The position numbers and the translations under genes are program-made. The notes beneath the pieces are model-generated. The model saw nothing but the letters and a program-made list of their open reading frames with translations, was not told the origin of the DNA and did not search any database. Positions 31,689-42,352 of a DNA stretch of 64,000 nt are shown here, in pieces (the first letter of the stretch is position 1; each line of letters begins with the position of its first letter). The DNA is from Candidatus Eutrophomonas brisbanensis (GTDB lineage: Bacteria > Pseudomonadota > Gammaproteobacteria > Burkholderiales > Eutrophovitaceae), in assembly GCA_038141705.1 (NCBI GenBank), contig JAYQIQ010000001.1, positions 278,600 through 342,599 of the forward strand. The letters run 5' to 3'.

Positions 31689-32171
31689 ATGAGTAAAAAC
31701 GAACATAAAACTAATTGGAAGCATGATGGGGTTCAGGTGATTCCAGCCGACCAACTCGATGGCAACGTTCCATCGACTCCGGGGATGGACAGAAAAGCAG
31801 CGATCAATTTCGCGCGCACTGGTGCGCAAAAACTTTGGGCTGGGACCGTGACGATACAAGCTGACGCAAAAACAGGAGCACATCACCACGGACACCTTGA
31901 AAGCGTGATTTACGTCATCAAAGGAAAGGCGCGAATGCGATGGGGTGAAAAATTAGAATTTTGCGCTGAGGCTGGTCCAGGGGACTTCATCTACGTGCCA
32001 CCCTTTGTTCCTCATCAAGAGATCAATGCTAGCCCCGATGAAGTGCTTGAATGTGTTCTCTGCCGGAGCGATGGAGACGCGATAGCAGTAAACTTAGATG
32101 TAGAACCTGTAGAAAAACCGGAAAATGTTCTTTGGGTAGATCCGACGCACCCCGCAGAAACAAATCGCTGA
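31689..32171 (+). CDS. Cupin domain protein
   Basis: TGAHHHGHLES...GPGDFIYVPPFVPHQEIN. Confidence 0.9.
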   Translation: MSKNEHKTNWKHDGVQVIPADQLDGNVPSTPGMDRKAAINFARTGAQKLWAGTVTIQADAKTGAHHHGHLESVIYVIKGKARMRWGEKLEFCAEAGPGDFIYVPPFVPHQEINASPDEVLECVLCRSDGDAIAVNLDVEPVEKPENVLWVDPTHPAETNR

Positions 32172-32198
32172 ACCAGCTGCCCTCAGCTCTCTTAGATA

Positions 32199-32288
32199 TG
32201 GCGGAAGCGGTGAGATTCGAACTCACGAAGGACTCGCGCCCTTGCCGGTTTTCAAGACCGGTGCATTCAACCGCTCTGCCACGCTTCC
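32199..32288 (-). tRNA. tRNA-Ser(TGA)
   Basis: CCGGT-CTTGAAA-ACCGG anticodon arm, long variable arm, CCA. Confidence 0.96.
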
Positions 32289-32465
32289 AATGAGGCAAGA
32301 TTATCCACTATATTAGTGAGGATAACCAGCTGAATATCTGAATTTTTCCTGAGAGCGAGTATAGTATACTTACCCTGCGCGATTATAAGCCAGTTTCTCA
32401 CGAAGAACTTCTTTAATCGACGGTAATCAAAGTTTATTGTTAAAACTTTAAGGAGTGAATACAAA

Positions 32466-33152
32466 ATGCAACCAAATATCCCTGCGTCATCTCACGTTGG
32501 CGTCATTGGAGAACAACAGCTCAAGGTACTGCGTAACACTTACTTATTGCTTGCGCTCACCATGGTTCCTACGATCATTGGTGCTTTTGTTGGACTTGCT
32601 ACCAGCGGGATTGTTTTTAAACACCCGATAATGAGTTCATTAATCATGTTGGCTGGAATCATTGGCCTGCAATTTGCGATTTCAGCAAATCGCAACAGTG
32701 CACTTGGTGCAGTGTTTTTACTCTTGATGACATTTATTCTTGGGTGGTGGCTTGGACCGATTTTGAATGTCGCACTATCGCTCAGAAATGGGCCTCAACT
32801 AATAGGATTAGCCGCTGCAGGGACTGGAATCATTATGGTCGTAATGAGCACGATTGCCACGACCACCAAGAAAGATTTCAGCTTCATGGGCAAGTTTTTG
32901 TTCGTGGGAATGTTGGTTATTTTGATTGCGGCGATAGCTAATATGTTCCTGCAAATTCCTGCTTTGGCATTAACCATTTCAGCGTTAGCGATTGGCGTAT
33001 TCTCGATGTTTCTTCTTTACGACGTCAGTCGAATCGTCAATGGCGGAGAAACGAACTACATCATGGCTGCGACCGGGGTGTATATCAGCCTCTACAATAT
33101 TTTCGCGAGCCTCTTACATCTTTTGATAGCTCTCGTAGGGAACAGAGAATAA
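32466..33152 (+). CDS. yccA: Bax inhibitor-1/YccA family membrane protein
   Basis: VLRNTYLLLAL, TTKKDFS, GGETNYI; about 7 TMs. Confidence 0.88.
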   Translation: MQPNIPASSHVGVIGEQQLKVLRNTYLLLALTMVPTIIGAFVGLATSGIVFKHPIMSSLIMLAGIIGLQFAISANRNSALGAVFLLLMTFILGWWLGPILNVALSLRNGPQLIGLAAAGTGIIMVVMSTIATTTKKDFSFMGKFLFVGMLVILIAAIANMFLQIPALALTISALAIGVFSMFLLYDVSRIVNGGETNYIMAATGVYISLYNIFASLLHLLIALVGNRE

Positions 33153-33168
33153 CGTTTCTAAGCATTCG

Positions 33169-33197
33169 AAAAAGGCGTGGATCTCCACGCCTTTTTT
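33169..33197. terminator. Bidirectional rho-independent terminator
   Basis: AAAAAAGGCGTGG-ATCT-CCACGCCTTTTTT between convergent yccA and rlmD. Confidence 0.88.
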
Positions 33198-34504
33198 ATT
33201 TTACGAACAGTGCTATCGACTCAACATGTGACGTATTTGGGAACATATTGACTATCCCCGCTGACTTTAACGTGTAACCGTTGTCTCGCACCATGATTCC
33301 TGCATCTCTCGCCAGCGTCGCTGGATTACAGGACACATAGACAATCTTACTTACCGCACTATCACGCAGCGCCGTTACCACCGCCAGCGCACCATCTCTC
33401 GGAGGATCAATCAACATCTTGTTATAACCGGTCAATTCGGAAAACTCAGGACTTCCCTCAACGAATAAGTCCGCATACCGAAAATCACACAAATGCTGGA
33501 GTTTATTTTTAACTGCATTTTCTTTTGCCCGGTCGACCAACTGCTGACTACCCTCGAGACCAATCACAGAAACACCTGCTTTTGCTATTGCAAGCGAAAA
33601 ATTTCCCAGACCACAAAATAAATCAACGACGTTGTCACTCGGTTTTATATCGAGGAGCTTAATTGCTCTCCTAACTAAAATCTCATTAACGTCAGTATTA
33701 ACCTGAGTAAACTCGGATAATTTAAAACCATAAATTAAGCCGAGATCTTTAATTTGATAAGTGAGATCAGTATTCTCTGCCCCAGCAGTCAAACAGCGCA
33801 ACGAATCTGGCCCACTTCGCTGGCCATAAATGACAAAACCATACTCATTGCCAAAGTTTATTAATTTTTTCCTCGTCAGGAGCAGGCAAATCCTCTAGAT
33901 GTCTAAAAGCCAGCACATCAACATTATCGCCACAAGCGACCTCTATTTGTGGAATCGACTCTCGGATCGACAAGCTCTCAACTAACGCTCGCATGTGTGG
34001 GATTACATCTGAAACCTTAGGAGGTAAGACCTCACAAGATTTCATATCGACGACATAACTTTTCCCACGCTCTCTAAAACCCACAAGAGCTGCGCCTTTC
34101 TTCCGAACATAACGGCTGGATAATCTAGCTCTTTTTCTATAGCCCCATTGCGACCCGCGTATCGGCGACAACATACATTCCGGGACGACTCCTCCTATAC
34201 GCCTGAAAGCATCCTCGAGCACTCGTTGCTTTATCGCGAGCTGAGTACTAACACTGGCATGCTGAAAACTACAACCTCCGCAAACACCATAGTTTTCGCA
34301 CTTTGGGGTCACTCGGTCCGACGACCGTTCTATGAACTTATCAATCGAGCCTAGCTCGTGGCTCTTTTTAATTTTTCGAATATTCGCTACAACTCGCTCA
34401 CCAGGCATTGCCTGATCAACAAAAATAACCTTACCATCCTGCCGACCAATACCTCGAGCTTCGTGGTCCGCGGACTCTATATCAAGCTCACATGAGCGCT
34501 GCAT
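33196..34504 (-). CDS. rlmD: 23S rRNA m5U1939 methyltransferase (frameshifted)
   Basis: TRAM domain, C..YGVCGGC Fe-S motif, DLFCGLGNF, DPPRDGA, YVSCNPATLARD. Confidence 0.93.
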
Positions 34505-35280
34505 TATCGAACCCAGGCGTTTAGAAAGACCTTCCAGTGCGAAGACTCCTGCGTGGCGAGATAGTCGTATAGCAAATTAGTTTCAAGCGAGTATTCCTCA
34601 GTATTGATTGCTCCTCGCATAAATTGGTATCGCAGATAAACTAAGTAGGTATTCGCAACGTCCGTCTCACAATAATTTCGAATATCCTGAATACCACCTT
34701 TGCAGAAGGTATCCCAAACCTTCGAACCAGACATTCCCACTTTCCCCGGAAATCCGAGAAGCTGTGCAATTTCATCTAGTGGCGCATTGGCACGCGGCTG
34801 AAAAGCTGCTAGCGCGTCCATGAGATCTAAATGTCTCGAGTGATATCGATTGATGTAGTTATTCCATTTGAAATCCCGGTCATCTTCGCCTTGATCCCAA
34901 TATCTTGGAGCTGAAACCTGGTGTATAAGTCCACGATAATGCAGCACCGGAAGATCAAACCCGCCACCATTCCAAGAAATTATTTGTGGAGAATACTTCT
35001 GAATACCATCATAGAAACGCTGAATAATATCCTTCTCACTCGCGTCACATTCCCCTAAAGACCAAACTCGAACTCCATCCCCACTCCTAAGAACGCAGGA
35101 AATCGCAACAACTCGATGCAAATGTAATGGAAGAAATTCCGATCCGGTTTTTTCTAATCTCTCACTGAACGCTTTCTCGGCTACTTCGATATCACTTAAA
35201 GAATCATCCAACTCTCGTAGCAAGCGGATACCATCAACATCGGGGATAGTCTCAATATCAAAAACTAGGACCGGCAACAT
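34504..35280 (-). CDS. PolB-related 3'-5' exonuclease
   Basis: VFDIETIPD, SWNGGGFDLP, YCETDV. Confidence 0.9.
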   Translation of the reverse strand: MLPVLVFDIETIPDVDGIRLLRELDDSLSDIEVAEKAFSERLEKTGSEFLPLHLHRVVAISCVLRSGDGVRVWSLGECDASEKDIIQRFYDGIQKYSPQIISWNGGGFDLPVLHYRGLIHQVSAPRYWDQGEDDRDFKWNNYINRYHSRHLDLMDALAAFQPRANAPLDEIAQLLGFPGKVGMSGSKVWDTFCKGGIQDIRNYCETDVANTYLVYLRYQFMRGAINTEEYSLETNLLYDYLATQESSHWKVFLNAWVR

Positions 35281-35289
35281 AAAAGGGGA

Positions 35290-36201
35290 CTACTCAGCAG
35301 GAAAGACACCAGTCGACAAGTATCTATCCCCTCGATCACAGACAATCGAGACTATCGTGGCATTCTCTGTTTTCTTCGAAATCTCTAGCGAAACCCACAT
35401 CGCCCCTCCCGAGGATATCCCGGCAAATATCCCTTCTTCGCGCGCTAATTTGCGCGTCATCTCCTCAGCATCTAACTGCGCCACCTCAACGATCTGATCG
35501 ACTCGGCTCCTATCAAAAATCTTTGGCAGATACTCCTGTGGCCACTTCCTGATCCCTGGGATTTGAGAACCATCGGTAGGTTGACATCCGATTATTTGGA
35601 TATTCGGGTTTTTCTCTTTCAGGTATTTGGACACCCCCATGATCGTTCCGGTCGTACCCATACTAGAGACAAAATGTGTAACCGTTCCATTTGTTTGCTC
35701 CCAGATTTCAGGGCCAGTCATATCAACGTGCGCCAATGGATTATCAGGATTTGCAAACTGATCTAAGATCACACCTTCTCCTCTTTCTTGCATCGCCTCC
35801 GCAATGTCTCTCGCTCCCTCCATACCACGAGGCTGCGGCGTCAGAACAAACTTCGCACCAAAAGCTGCCATAGTTTGGCGTCGCTCGATGGAGAGATTCT
35901 CGGGCATTACTAAAATCATCTTGTAACCCCTCATCGCAGCCACCATCGCTAGAGCGATGCCAGTATTACCGGAAGTTGCTTCGATCAACGTGTCTCCTGG
36001 TTTAATTCTTCCGGAAGTCTCCGCCCGAACAATCATGGATAAGGCAGGTCGATCCTTCACCGATCCCGCTGGATTATTACCCTCTAACTTTGCTAAAACC
36101 ACGTTGGAGGTTTTACCGCAGAGACGCTTGAGCCGAACCAGAGGAGTATTACCAACCAAATCATCCAGATATTTATAAGAGTGCACGATCTTCTTCACCA
36201 A
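35290..36201 (-). CDS. cysM: Cysteine synthase B
   Basis: KLEGNNPAGSVKDR, TSGNTG, CDRGDRYLSTGVF. Confidence 0.95.
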   Translation of the reverse strand: MVKKIVHSYKYLDDLVGNTPLVRLKRLCGKTSNVVLAKLEGNNPAGSVKDRPALSMIVRAETSGRIKPGDTLIEATSGNTGIALAMVAAMRGYKMILVMPENLSIERRQTMAAFGAKFVLTPQPRGMEGARDIAEAMQERGEGVILDQFANPDNPLAHVDMTGPEIWEQTNGTVTHFVSSMGTTGTIMGVSKYLKEKNPNIQIIGCQPTDGSQIPGIRKWPQEYLPKIFDRSRVDQIVEVAQLDAEEMTRKLAREEGIFAGISSGGAMWVSLEISKKTENATIVSIVCDRGDRYLSTGVFPAE

Positions 36202-37191
36202 TTAATTATCAAGAAGAAATTTGACATAAGATTGAACACCTTCTTCGACAGACCTAAAAGACTTTCCATAGCCCGCCGCACGAAGAGCCGCAAGACTCGC
36301 TTCCGTAAAACTTTGATAACGCTCTTTTAGCCCCTCAGGAAAGGCCACGTAATCGATAAGGCCATCCTCAGAAAGTTTTTCAATATCTCTAACTTGACCA
36401 GGGGTTCCATTCTTCAACGACCCGATAGTAGCAACAGCCACTTCATTGAACGTCTGCGATCTGCCCGTTCCACAATTAAAGATCCCCGACTTATCGGGAT
36501 TTTCGAAAAAGTAGAGATTCACATCAATCACATCGTCTACATAAATAAAATCTCGCCTTTGTTCTCCTGCAGCATAACCTCCACTGCCCTCGAACAGGGA
36601 CAGTTTTCCATTAGCTCGAAATTGATTAAAAAAGTGAAATGCAACCGACGCCATGCGCCCCTTGTGCGACTCATATGGGCCATATACGTTGAAATATCGC
36701 AGACCTACAATCTGATTTGAGGCGTTATCAAGCCTTTTTCTGACAATCTGATCGAACAAATATTTGGAATATCCATATACATTCAGTGGGTCCTCGTTAG
36801 CAAATCGCTCTTCAAATTGAGCACCTCCTCCATACACTGCAGCCGATGAGGCATAGATATACTGAATTTGTTCTCTTTGAGTAAAGTCCAATAAATCTAG
36901 AGAATACTGAAAATTATTTTCGAGCATGTAGTTTCCGTCTAACTCCATAGTGTCGGAGCATGCGCCTTGGTGAAAGACAGCTGAGATCTTCCCATCGAAC
37001 TTTCCATTCTTTAGTTCAGCGCGAAACAGATCCTTATGCAGGTAGTCGTCGAAAGAGCACCCTATGAGATTCCTAAACTTAGACGAGGTGCCAATGTTGT
37101 CAACAACAAGAATATTTGTTATCCCCGCTTTATTAAGCCTCCTGACCAAATTAGATCCGATAAAACCGGCACCGCCAGTAACTACAATCAT
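36202..37191 (-). CDS. rfaD: ADP-L-glycero-D-manno-heptose 6-epimerase
   Basis: VTGGAGFIGSN, HQGACSDT, PLNVYGYSK, HKGRMASV. Confidence 0.95.
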   Translation of the reverse strand: MIVVTGGAGFIGSNLVRRLNKAGITNILVVDNIGTSSKFRNLIGCSFDDYLHKDLFRAELKNGKFDGKISAVFHQGACSDTMELDGNYMLENNFQYSLDLLDFTQREQIQYIYASSAAVYGGGAQFEERFANEDPLNVYGYSKYLFDQIVRKRLDNASNQIVGLRYFNVYGPYESHKGRMASVAFHFFNQFRANGKLSLFEGSGGYAAGEQRRDFIYVDDVIDVNLYFFENPDKSGIFNCGTGRSQTFNEVAVATIGSLKNGTPGQVRDIEKLSEDGLIDYVAFPEGLKERYQSFTEASLAALRAAGYGKSFRSVEEGVQSYVKFLLDN

Positions 37192-38136
37192 TGCAGAACC
37201 CCATCAGAAAATAACTCGTCGAATGTAACAGTAGCAGTTCCCACCTTGCCCACTACTACCCCAGCCGCCTTATTCGCTAGGGAACTGGCCTCCTCTAACG
37301 GAACCCTCCCGCTACGAGCGCACCAAACACTGCAATTACAGTATCCCCAGCACCGCTAACATCAAAGACCTCCTTAGCAAGCGTGGAAAAATGCATCTTG
37401 CCTGAGTCACAGTAAAGAGTCATGCCTTCCTCACTTCTCGTAACCAGCAGTCCCTGCAAACCAAGGTCATTTCTTAACCCACTTGCTTTTGCATCAAGCT
37501 CATCCTCGCTGTCCCACGAGCCAGTAACAGCCTCTAGTTCTTTTCTATTCGGTGTTAAAAAACTTGCATTCTTATATTTCGAAAAATTATTCCCCTTAGG
37601 ATCTACAAAAATCAGTTTTCCCGCATTGAGAGATACTTCGATTAACATTTCAATAACTCGTAGCACCCCTTACCATAATCGGAAAATATTACCGCATCAT
37701 ATTTATTAACTTCATTTTTAAATGATTCTGCTAATACGAGTACCGACTCTTCAGACGGCTGTTTCTCAAAATCCAAGCGAATCAATTGCTGCTGCTGGGC
37801 AAGCACACGAGTTTTAATAGTTGTAGAGATCAAAGAGTCACGAACAAGGTTGTCTTTAATATTTTTTTCTTTAAGTACATGAACCAACTCTTCCGCAGCA
37901 GAATCCCTTCCAACTATAGACATTAGCGATGTATCGACTCCGAGCGATGCAATGTTAGCAGCCACATTACCAGCACCCCCAATTCTAGTCTCTTCTCTGG
38001 ACACGGCTACAACTGGAACTGGAGCTTCTGGAGAAATTCTATTGGCTAACCCAAACCAATATCTATCCAACATCAGATCCCCAACAACCAGCACTTTGGT
38101 TTCCTTGAGTCTTTTTTTAATGTCGTTATCGCTCAT
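37188..38136 (-). CDS. rfaE1: D-glycero-beta-D-manno-heptose-7-phosphate kinase (frameshifted)
   Basis: GDLMLDRY..RISPEAPVPV; SDYGKG; DVSGAGDTV. Confidence 0.9.
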
Positions 38137-38159
38137 TCAATTACGCCAAATTCATTCGC

Positions 38160-38864
38160 CTACACATAAGAGAAAGAAATCTCTTTTTCAATTTCTTGTA
38201 TCACACTCATAGGTTTAGCAGATTCACTAATCGAGCGCCCAATAACTAGATAATTGGATCCGCTGATTATCGCACTCTTCGGGGTCATTATCCTCTTTTG
38301 ATCTGCAGGACTATCCTTCGGCAATCTGATTCCTGGCGTCACAGCCAAAAACTCTTGACTAGTGGTTTCTCTAATTAGCCCAACTTCATGCGCAGAACAC
38401 ACAACTCCATCCGCCCCATTTTCATAAGCAAGCTTTCCCAGTCTTCTAACTTCGGTCGGGATATCACTAAGAAATCCTATTTCCACGAGTGAATCATGAT
38501 CATGCGATGTAAGAATCGTCACTGCAGTTAATAACGGCCTCCCGGTTGAGCTACCCACCCCAAGTCGAGCGGCACGAATCATGTCAGCCCCACCCAACGC
38601 ATGTACGTTGACCATCCAAACACCAAGGTCACATGCAGCCTCACAACTTTTACGAACCGTGTTTGGTATGTCATGAAACTTCAGATCTAGAAAAACTTTG
38701 AATCCAATTTTTACAAGTTTTTGGACAAACGATGGGCCAAAACGCGTAAACATCTCCTTTCCTACTTTTAATTTACAACGTTCAGGATCTAATTGATCAA
38801 TCAATTCATAAGCTTTCGAAATATCAGCATAGTCGAGCGCCACGATGATTTTCGCATCAATCAT
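38160..38864 (-). CDS. pyrF: Orotidine-5'-phosphate decarboxylase
   Basis: IIVALD, FLDLKFHDIPNTV, VTPGIR. Confidence 0.96.
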   Translation of the reverse strand: MIDAKIIVALDYADISKAYELIDQLDPERCKLKVGKEMFTRFGPSFVQKLVKIGFKVFLDLKFHDIPNTVRKSCEAACDLGVWMVNVHALGGADMIRAARLGVGSSTGRPLLTAVTILTSHDHDSLVEIGFLSDIPTEVRRLGKLAYENGADGVVCSAHEVGLIRETTSQEFLAVTPGIRLPKDSPADQKRIMTPKSAIISGSNYLVIGRSISESAKPMSVIQEIEKEISFSYV

Positions 38865-40045
38865 TTTTTCTCTCTTTCAAGCGGCAGCCTGCAAGGTGAA
38901 TGTTTCCCATTGACTGCAAGCGGGACACTGCCAGTAATGCCCCTTCGCCTTGTATCCGCATTCTCCACACCGATGCATCATGCTCTCGGAATAGGCTACT
39001 AAGGATTGCTTTATCAACTGCAAATCTTGCCAAAGAGATTCGGTAAACTCACTAGAGATCTCGATATTATCAATTAAAAATCTCGCCCAAACTAATTCTT
39101 TCGATTTTTTTAACTCAGAACGAACAACATCATAAACGCGTATCAGCTCCGTCTTTTATTTCTGAAATATTTAGCGCAAGCTCTACCAACATAGGATTGG
39201 GGCTTTTCTGCAAATACTTCTCAACTAACTCCAAACACTCCTCGGATTTACCTAAAGTCGAGTAGCCATCGACCAATCTCTCTAATATAAGGACGTTATA
39301 CTGAGGGTCTTTCACCTCAATGGTCTGCCAAATGTCTATCGCATCCTGAATATTTTGGGTCTGTACAGCAACATTCCCAAGACTTAGAATTGCACGCACT
39401 GAATTATGATGATGCTTTAAAGCCTCATCGTAATGTTGCTTGGCTTTAGAATAATTACCATTCTGAATAATCAATATCTCCCATCTCACAGTAGTAATGA
39501 GATATGTTTTTTGCCCGACTGACGCCAGTGAAATCGCTTCGCTCGCGAGCACAAATTATCGCCCTCTCCCAATCTTTCTCGTGGACGTATAGAGATTCCA
39601 GGACTTCCAGCGCCTTGCCTTTATGCTTACCAGAGGTGACCCCTTTGAGTGATTGTTCAGCTCGATCAAAAAAACCTGCTTTGTAGTAATCGACGCCAAT
39701 CTCACACGTTGCCCTCATTCGTTGCTCTGAACTTAGGTCCAGCCTATCTAACAGGCCTTTGTGTATCGCTATTGCCCGCTGCAATTCCCCTTTTTGGCGA
39801 AAGAAAAAAGCGACCATAAATTGCAATTCAACCGAGTCTTGATCCTCTTTGGCTAGCGCAATAAACGAATCTATGGCTTTATCCCTCTCCTCGTTCAGCA
39901 AGAAGGTTATACTTTTGAAATAAGAGTCAGGAACGCCCCCAGTTTCCTGGAGTAGTTGTTTTAGATCCAATCGGGCGGCGAACCAACCTAAAAAAAAGAA
40001 AACGGGGATAAAAACTAGCCACCAATCCTCATACTCCACGGGCAA
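38861..40045 (-). CDS. lapB: LPS assembly protein B (TPR plus rubredoxin-like), frameshifted
   Basis: N-terminal TM FFFLGWFAAR; TPRs; C-terminal CGECGY..YWQCPAC. Confidence 0.88.
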
Positions 40046-40175
40046 TCTCCATCATGTGCAATCTAGTTAAATTCGATCGCGACTAACCACAGCGGGACGA
40101 ACTACCCAACACCCCTCAACCTCGCAATTCAGTCACAAGCGTTCACATGAACCCTCGCTCTTCGATGATCAGCGG

Positions 40176-40492
40176 TTATCCAAGAGAGTTACCGGCTTGC
40201 ACCACACCCTCGTGCAAAGAATTCACCCGAGCCCTGAGTTCTTTTCCCGCTCTGAAGTGAGGAACATACTTCTCCGGGACATCTACCCTTTGGCCGGTTT
40301 TTGGATTTCTTCCTAAACGAGGGGGTCGGTGGTTCAGCGAAAAACTACCGAACCCCTTATTTCGACCCTGGACCCATTCGACAAAGATTGACTAATACTG
40401 TCAAGAATAGCCGCGACTGACTCTTGGCAATAAAGGCTAACGAATTTATTAAACTTTTCGTTCAACCTCGCTATCAACTCAGATTTTGTCAT
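40176..40492 (-). CDS. ihfB: Integration host factor beta (frameshifted, absent from ORF track)
   Basis: MTKSELI...[25 protein letters not shown]...[13 protein letters not shown]. Confidence 0.92.
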
Positions 40493-40531
40493 AAGAATTT
40501 CCAGAAGGTATCTTTCAATAATACACCTGTA

Positions 40532-42235
40532 CTAGTCGTTCGTTTCACTATCAAACTTTGCTTTCAACAAAGCCCCAAGGTTAGTGGTACCGGCATTCTC
40601 AGCGTTTTCCTGCTCGCTGTGCTTTTTAAGAGCCAGAGTTTCCTCAGCTAGCTCTTTTGCTTTAATCGAAAGGTTAACCACACGACCCTTCCGATCGATA
40701 CCAGTCACCGCCGCAGATACTCGCTGTCCAACTTCAACACTCGAGATGTCACCAATTGTCTCTGTTGCCTTAATGAATCCGTTGACCTGTTCTGACAAAT
40801 CGAGAGTCACACCTTTGGAGTCAACCTCCTTGACCGTTCCCTCAATCACATCGCCCTTATTGATGCTCAAAGTAAAACTAGAGAATGGATCCTCATCCAA
40901 TTGCTTCAAACCCAACGATATTCTCTCTCGCTCAACGTCGATAGCGAGCACAACGGCTTCCAACTCATCACCCTTTTTCAGATTACGTGCTGCTTGGTCA
41001 TCGCCATCCTCCCAAGTCAGATCTGAGCTATGAACGAGACCATCAATCCCCCCTGGCAACCCAATAAACACTCCAAAATCTGTGATCGATTTAATTTGCC
41101 CGCGTACTTTGTCCCCTTTACTCGTGTTGGCCGCAAAATCTTCCCAAGGGTTAGCCTTACATTGCTTCGTACCGAGTGAAATTCTTCTCCGATCCTCATC
41201 GATCTCAAGAATCATCACCTCAACTTCATCACCAAGCTGGACGACTTTACTTGGATGCACGTTCTTGTTAGTCCAATCCATTTCGGACACATGCACCAAA
41301 CCCTCGATACCTGGCTCTAGCTCCACAAACGCACCGTAGTCGGTGAGGTTCGAGACCTTTCCAAAGGTTCTAGTTCCCTGTGGAAGCCTTCGAGAAAGAC
41401 CAGCCCAAGGGTCATCACCCAACTGCTTTAGTCCTAGAGATACGCGGCTTTTTTCTTGGTCAAACTTCAGCACTTTTGCTTCAACTTCATCTCCAATGTT
41501 GACCACCTCTGACGGATGCTTAACACGTTTCCAAGCGAGATCTGTAATGTGCAAAAGACCATCTATACCACCAAGATCAACAAACGCACCGTAATCAGTG
41601 ATGTTCTTGACAATTCCCTTAACGGTCGCTCCTTCAGACAAGTTTTCAAGCAATTTATCTCTTTCTTCACCCAAAGTAACTTCCAAAACAGCCCTTCTAG
41701 AAACCACCACGTTGTTTCTCCTACGATCGAGCTTTATGACCTTAAATTCCAAGGTCTTACCCTCGTAAGGGGAAGTGTCTTTTATCGGCCTGGTGTCCAC
41801 GAGCGAGCCAGGAAGAAAAGCTCGCACCCCGTTTACCATCACGGTTAGGCCGCCCTTCACCCGACCAGAAACAAAACCTTCAACTAATTCTTCGGTTTCT
41901 AATGCTTTCTCTAAGCCGAGCCAAGCCGCTAGCCGCTTTGCTTTTTCGCGCGACAACTTAGTTTCACCATAACCATCTTCTATCGATTCAATAGCTACAG
42001 AAGTGAAGTCTCCGACGCTGACTTCCAACTCGCCTTTATCATTTTTAAATTCATCTGCAGATATGTAGCTCTCAGATTTTAATCCTGCATTCACAACCAC
42101 AAAGTTGTGATCTATATTCACTACCTCTGCTGTAATAACCTCCCCAGCCCTCATTTCCTGGCGGGAAAGACTTTCCTCAAACATTGCCGCGAAGTTGTCG
42201 GTAGATAGATTTGTATCGGTTGAAGTTGTTGTCAT
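40532..42235 (-). CDS. rpsA: 30S ribosomal protein S1
   Basis: Six S1 repeats; AFLPGSLVD; [16 protein letters not shown]. Confidence 0.98.
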   Translation of the reverse strand: MTTTSTDTNLSTDNFAAMFEESLSRQEMRAGEVITAEVVNIDHNFVVVNAGLKSESYISADEFKNDKGELEVSVGDFTSVAIESIEDGYGETKLSREKAKRLAAWLGLEKALETEELVEGFVSGRVKGGLTVMVNGVRAFLPGSLVDTRPIKDTSPYEGKTLEFKVIKLDRRRNNVVVSRRAVLEVTLGEERDKLLENLSEGATVKGIVKNITDYGAFVDLGGIDGLLHITDLAWKRVKHPSEVVNIGDEVEAKVLKFDQEKSRVSLGLKQLGDDPWAGLSRRLPQGTRTFGKVSNLTDYGAFVELEPGIEGLVHVSEMDWTNKNVHPSKVVQLGDEVEVMILEIDEDRRRISLGTKQCKANPWEDFAANTSKGDKVRGQIKSITDFGVFIGLPGGIDGLVHSSDLTWEDGDDQAARNLKKGDELEAVVLAIDVERERISLGLKQLDEDPFSSFTLSINKGDVIEGTVKEVDSKGVTLDLSEQVNGFIKATETIGDISSVEVGQRVSAAVTGIDRKGRVVNLSIKAKELAEETLALKKHSEQENAENAGTTNLGALLKAKFDSETND

Positions 42236-42352
42236 GTTTTAGCTTTTTGGTTTGTGACCGGAGCGCATTTGAGAAATACAAAAAAGCTGTTTCTCCAATT
42301 CGCTCTGGGTAACGTTGTTGTTTAAAATTGGGCAGGTGACGAACGTTCGCAA
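42236..42352 (-). promoter_or_regulatory. Structured SD-less rpsA leader (probable autoregulatory element)
   Basis: GAGCG..GAGAAA / TTTCTC..CGCTC stem; A-rich stretch and no SD before the ATG. Confidence 0.45.

Noticed and set aside
42337-42348. TGACGAACGTTC upstream of rpsA as a second LexA box
   Set aside because: Left half-site does not match GAAC, and rpsA is an unlikely SOS target
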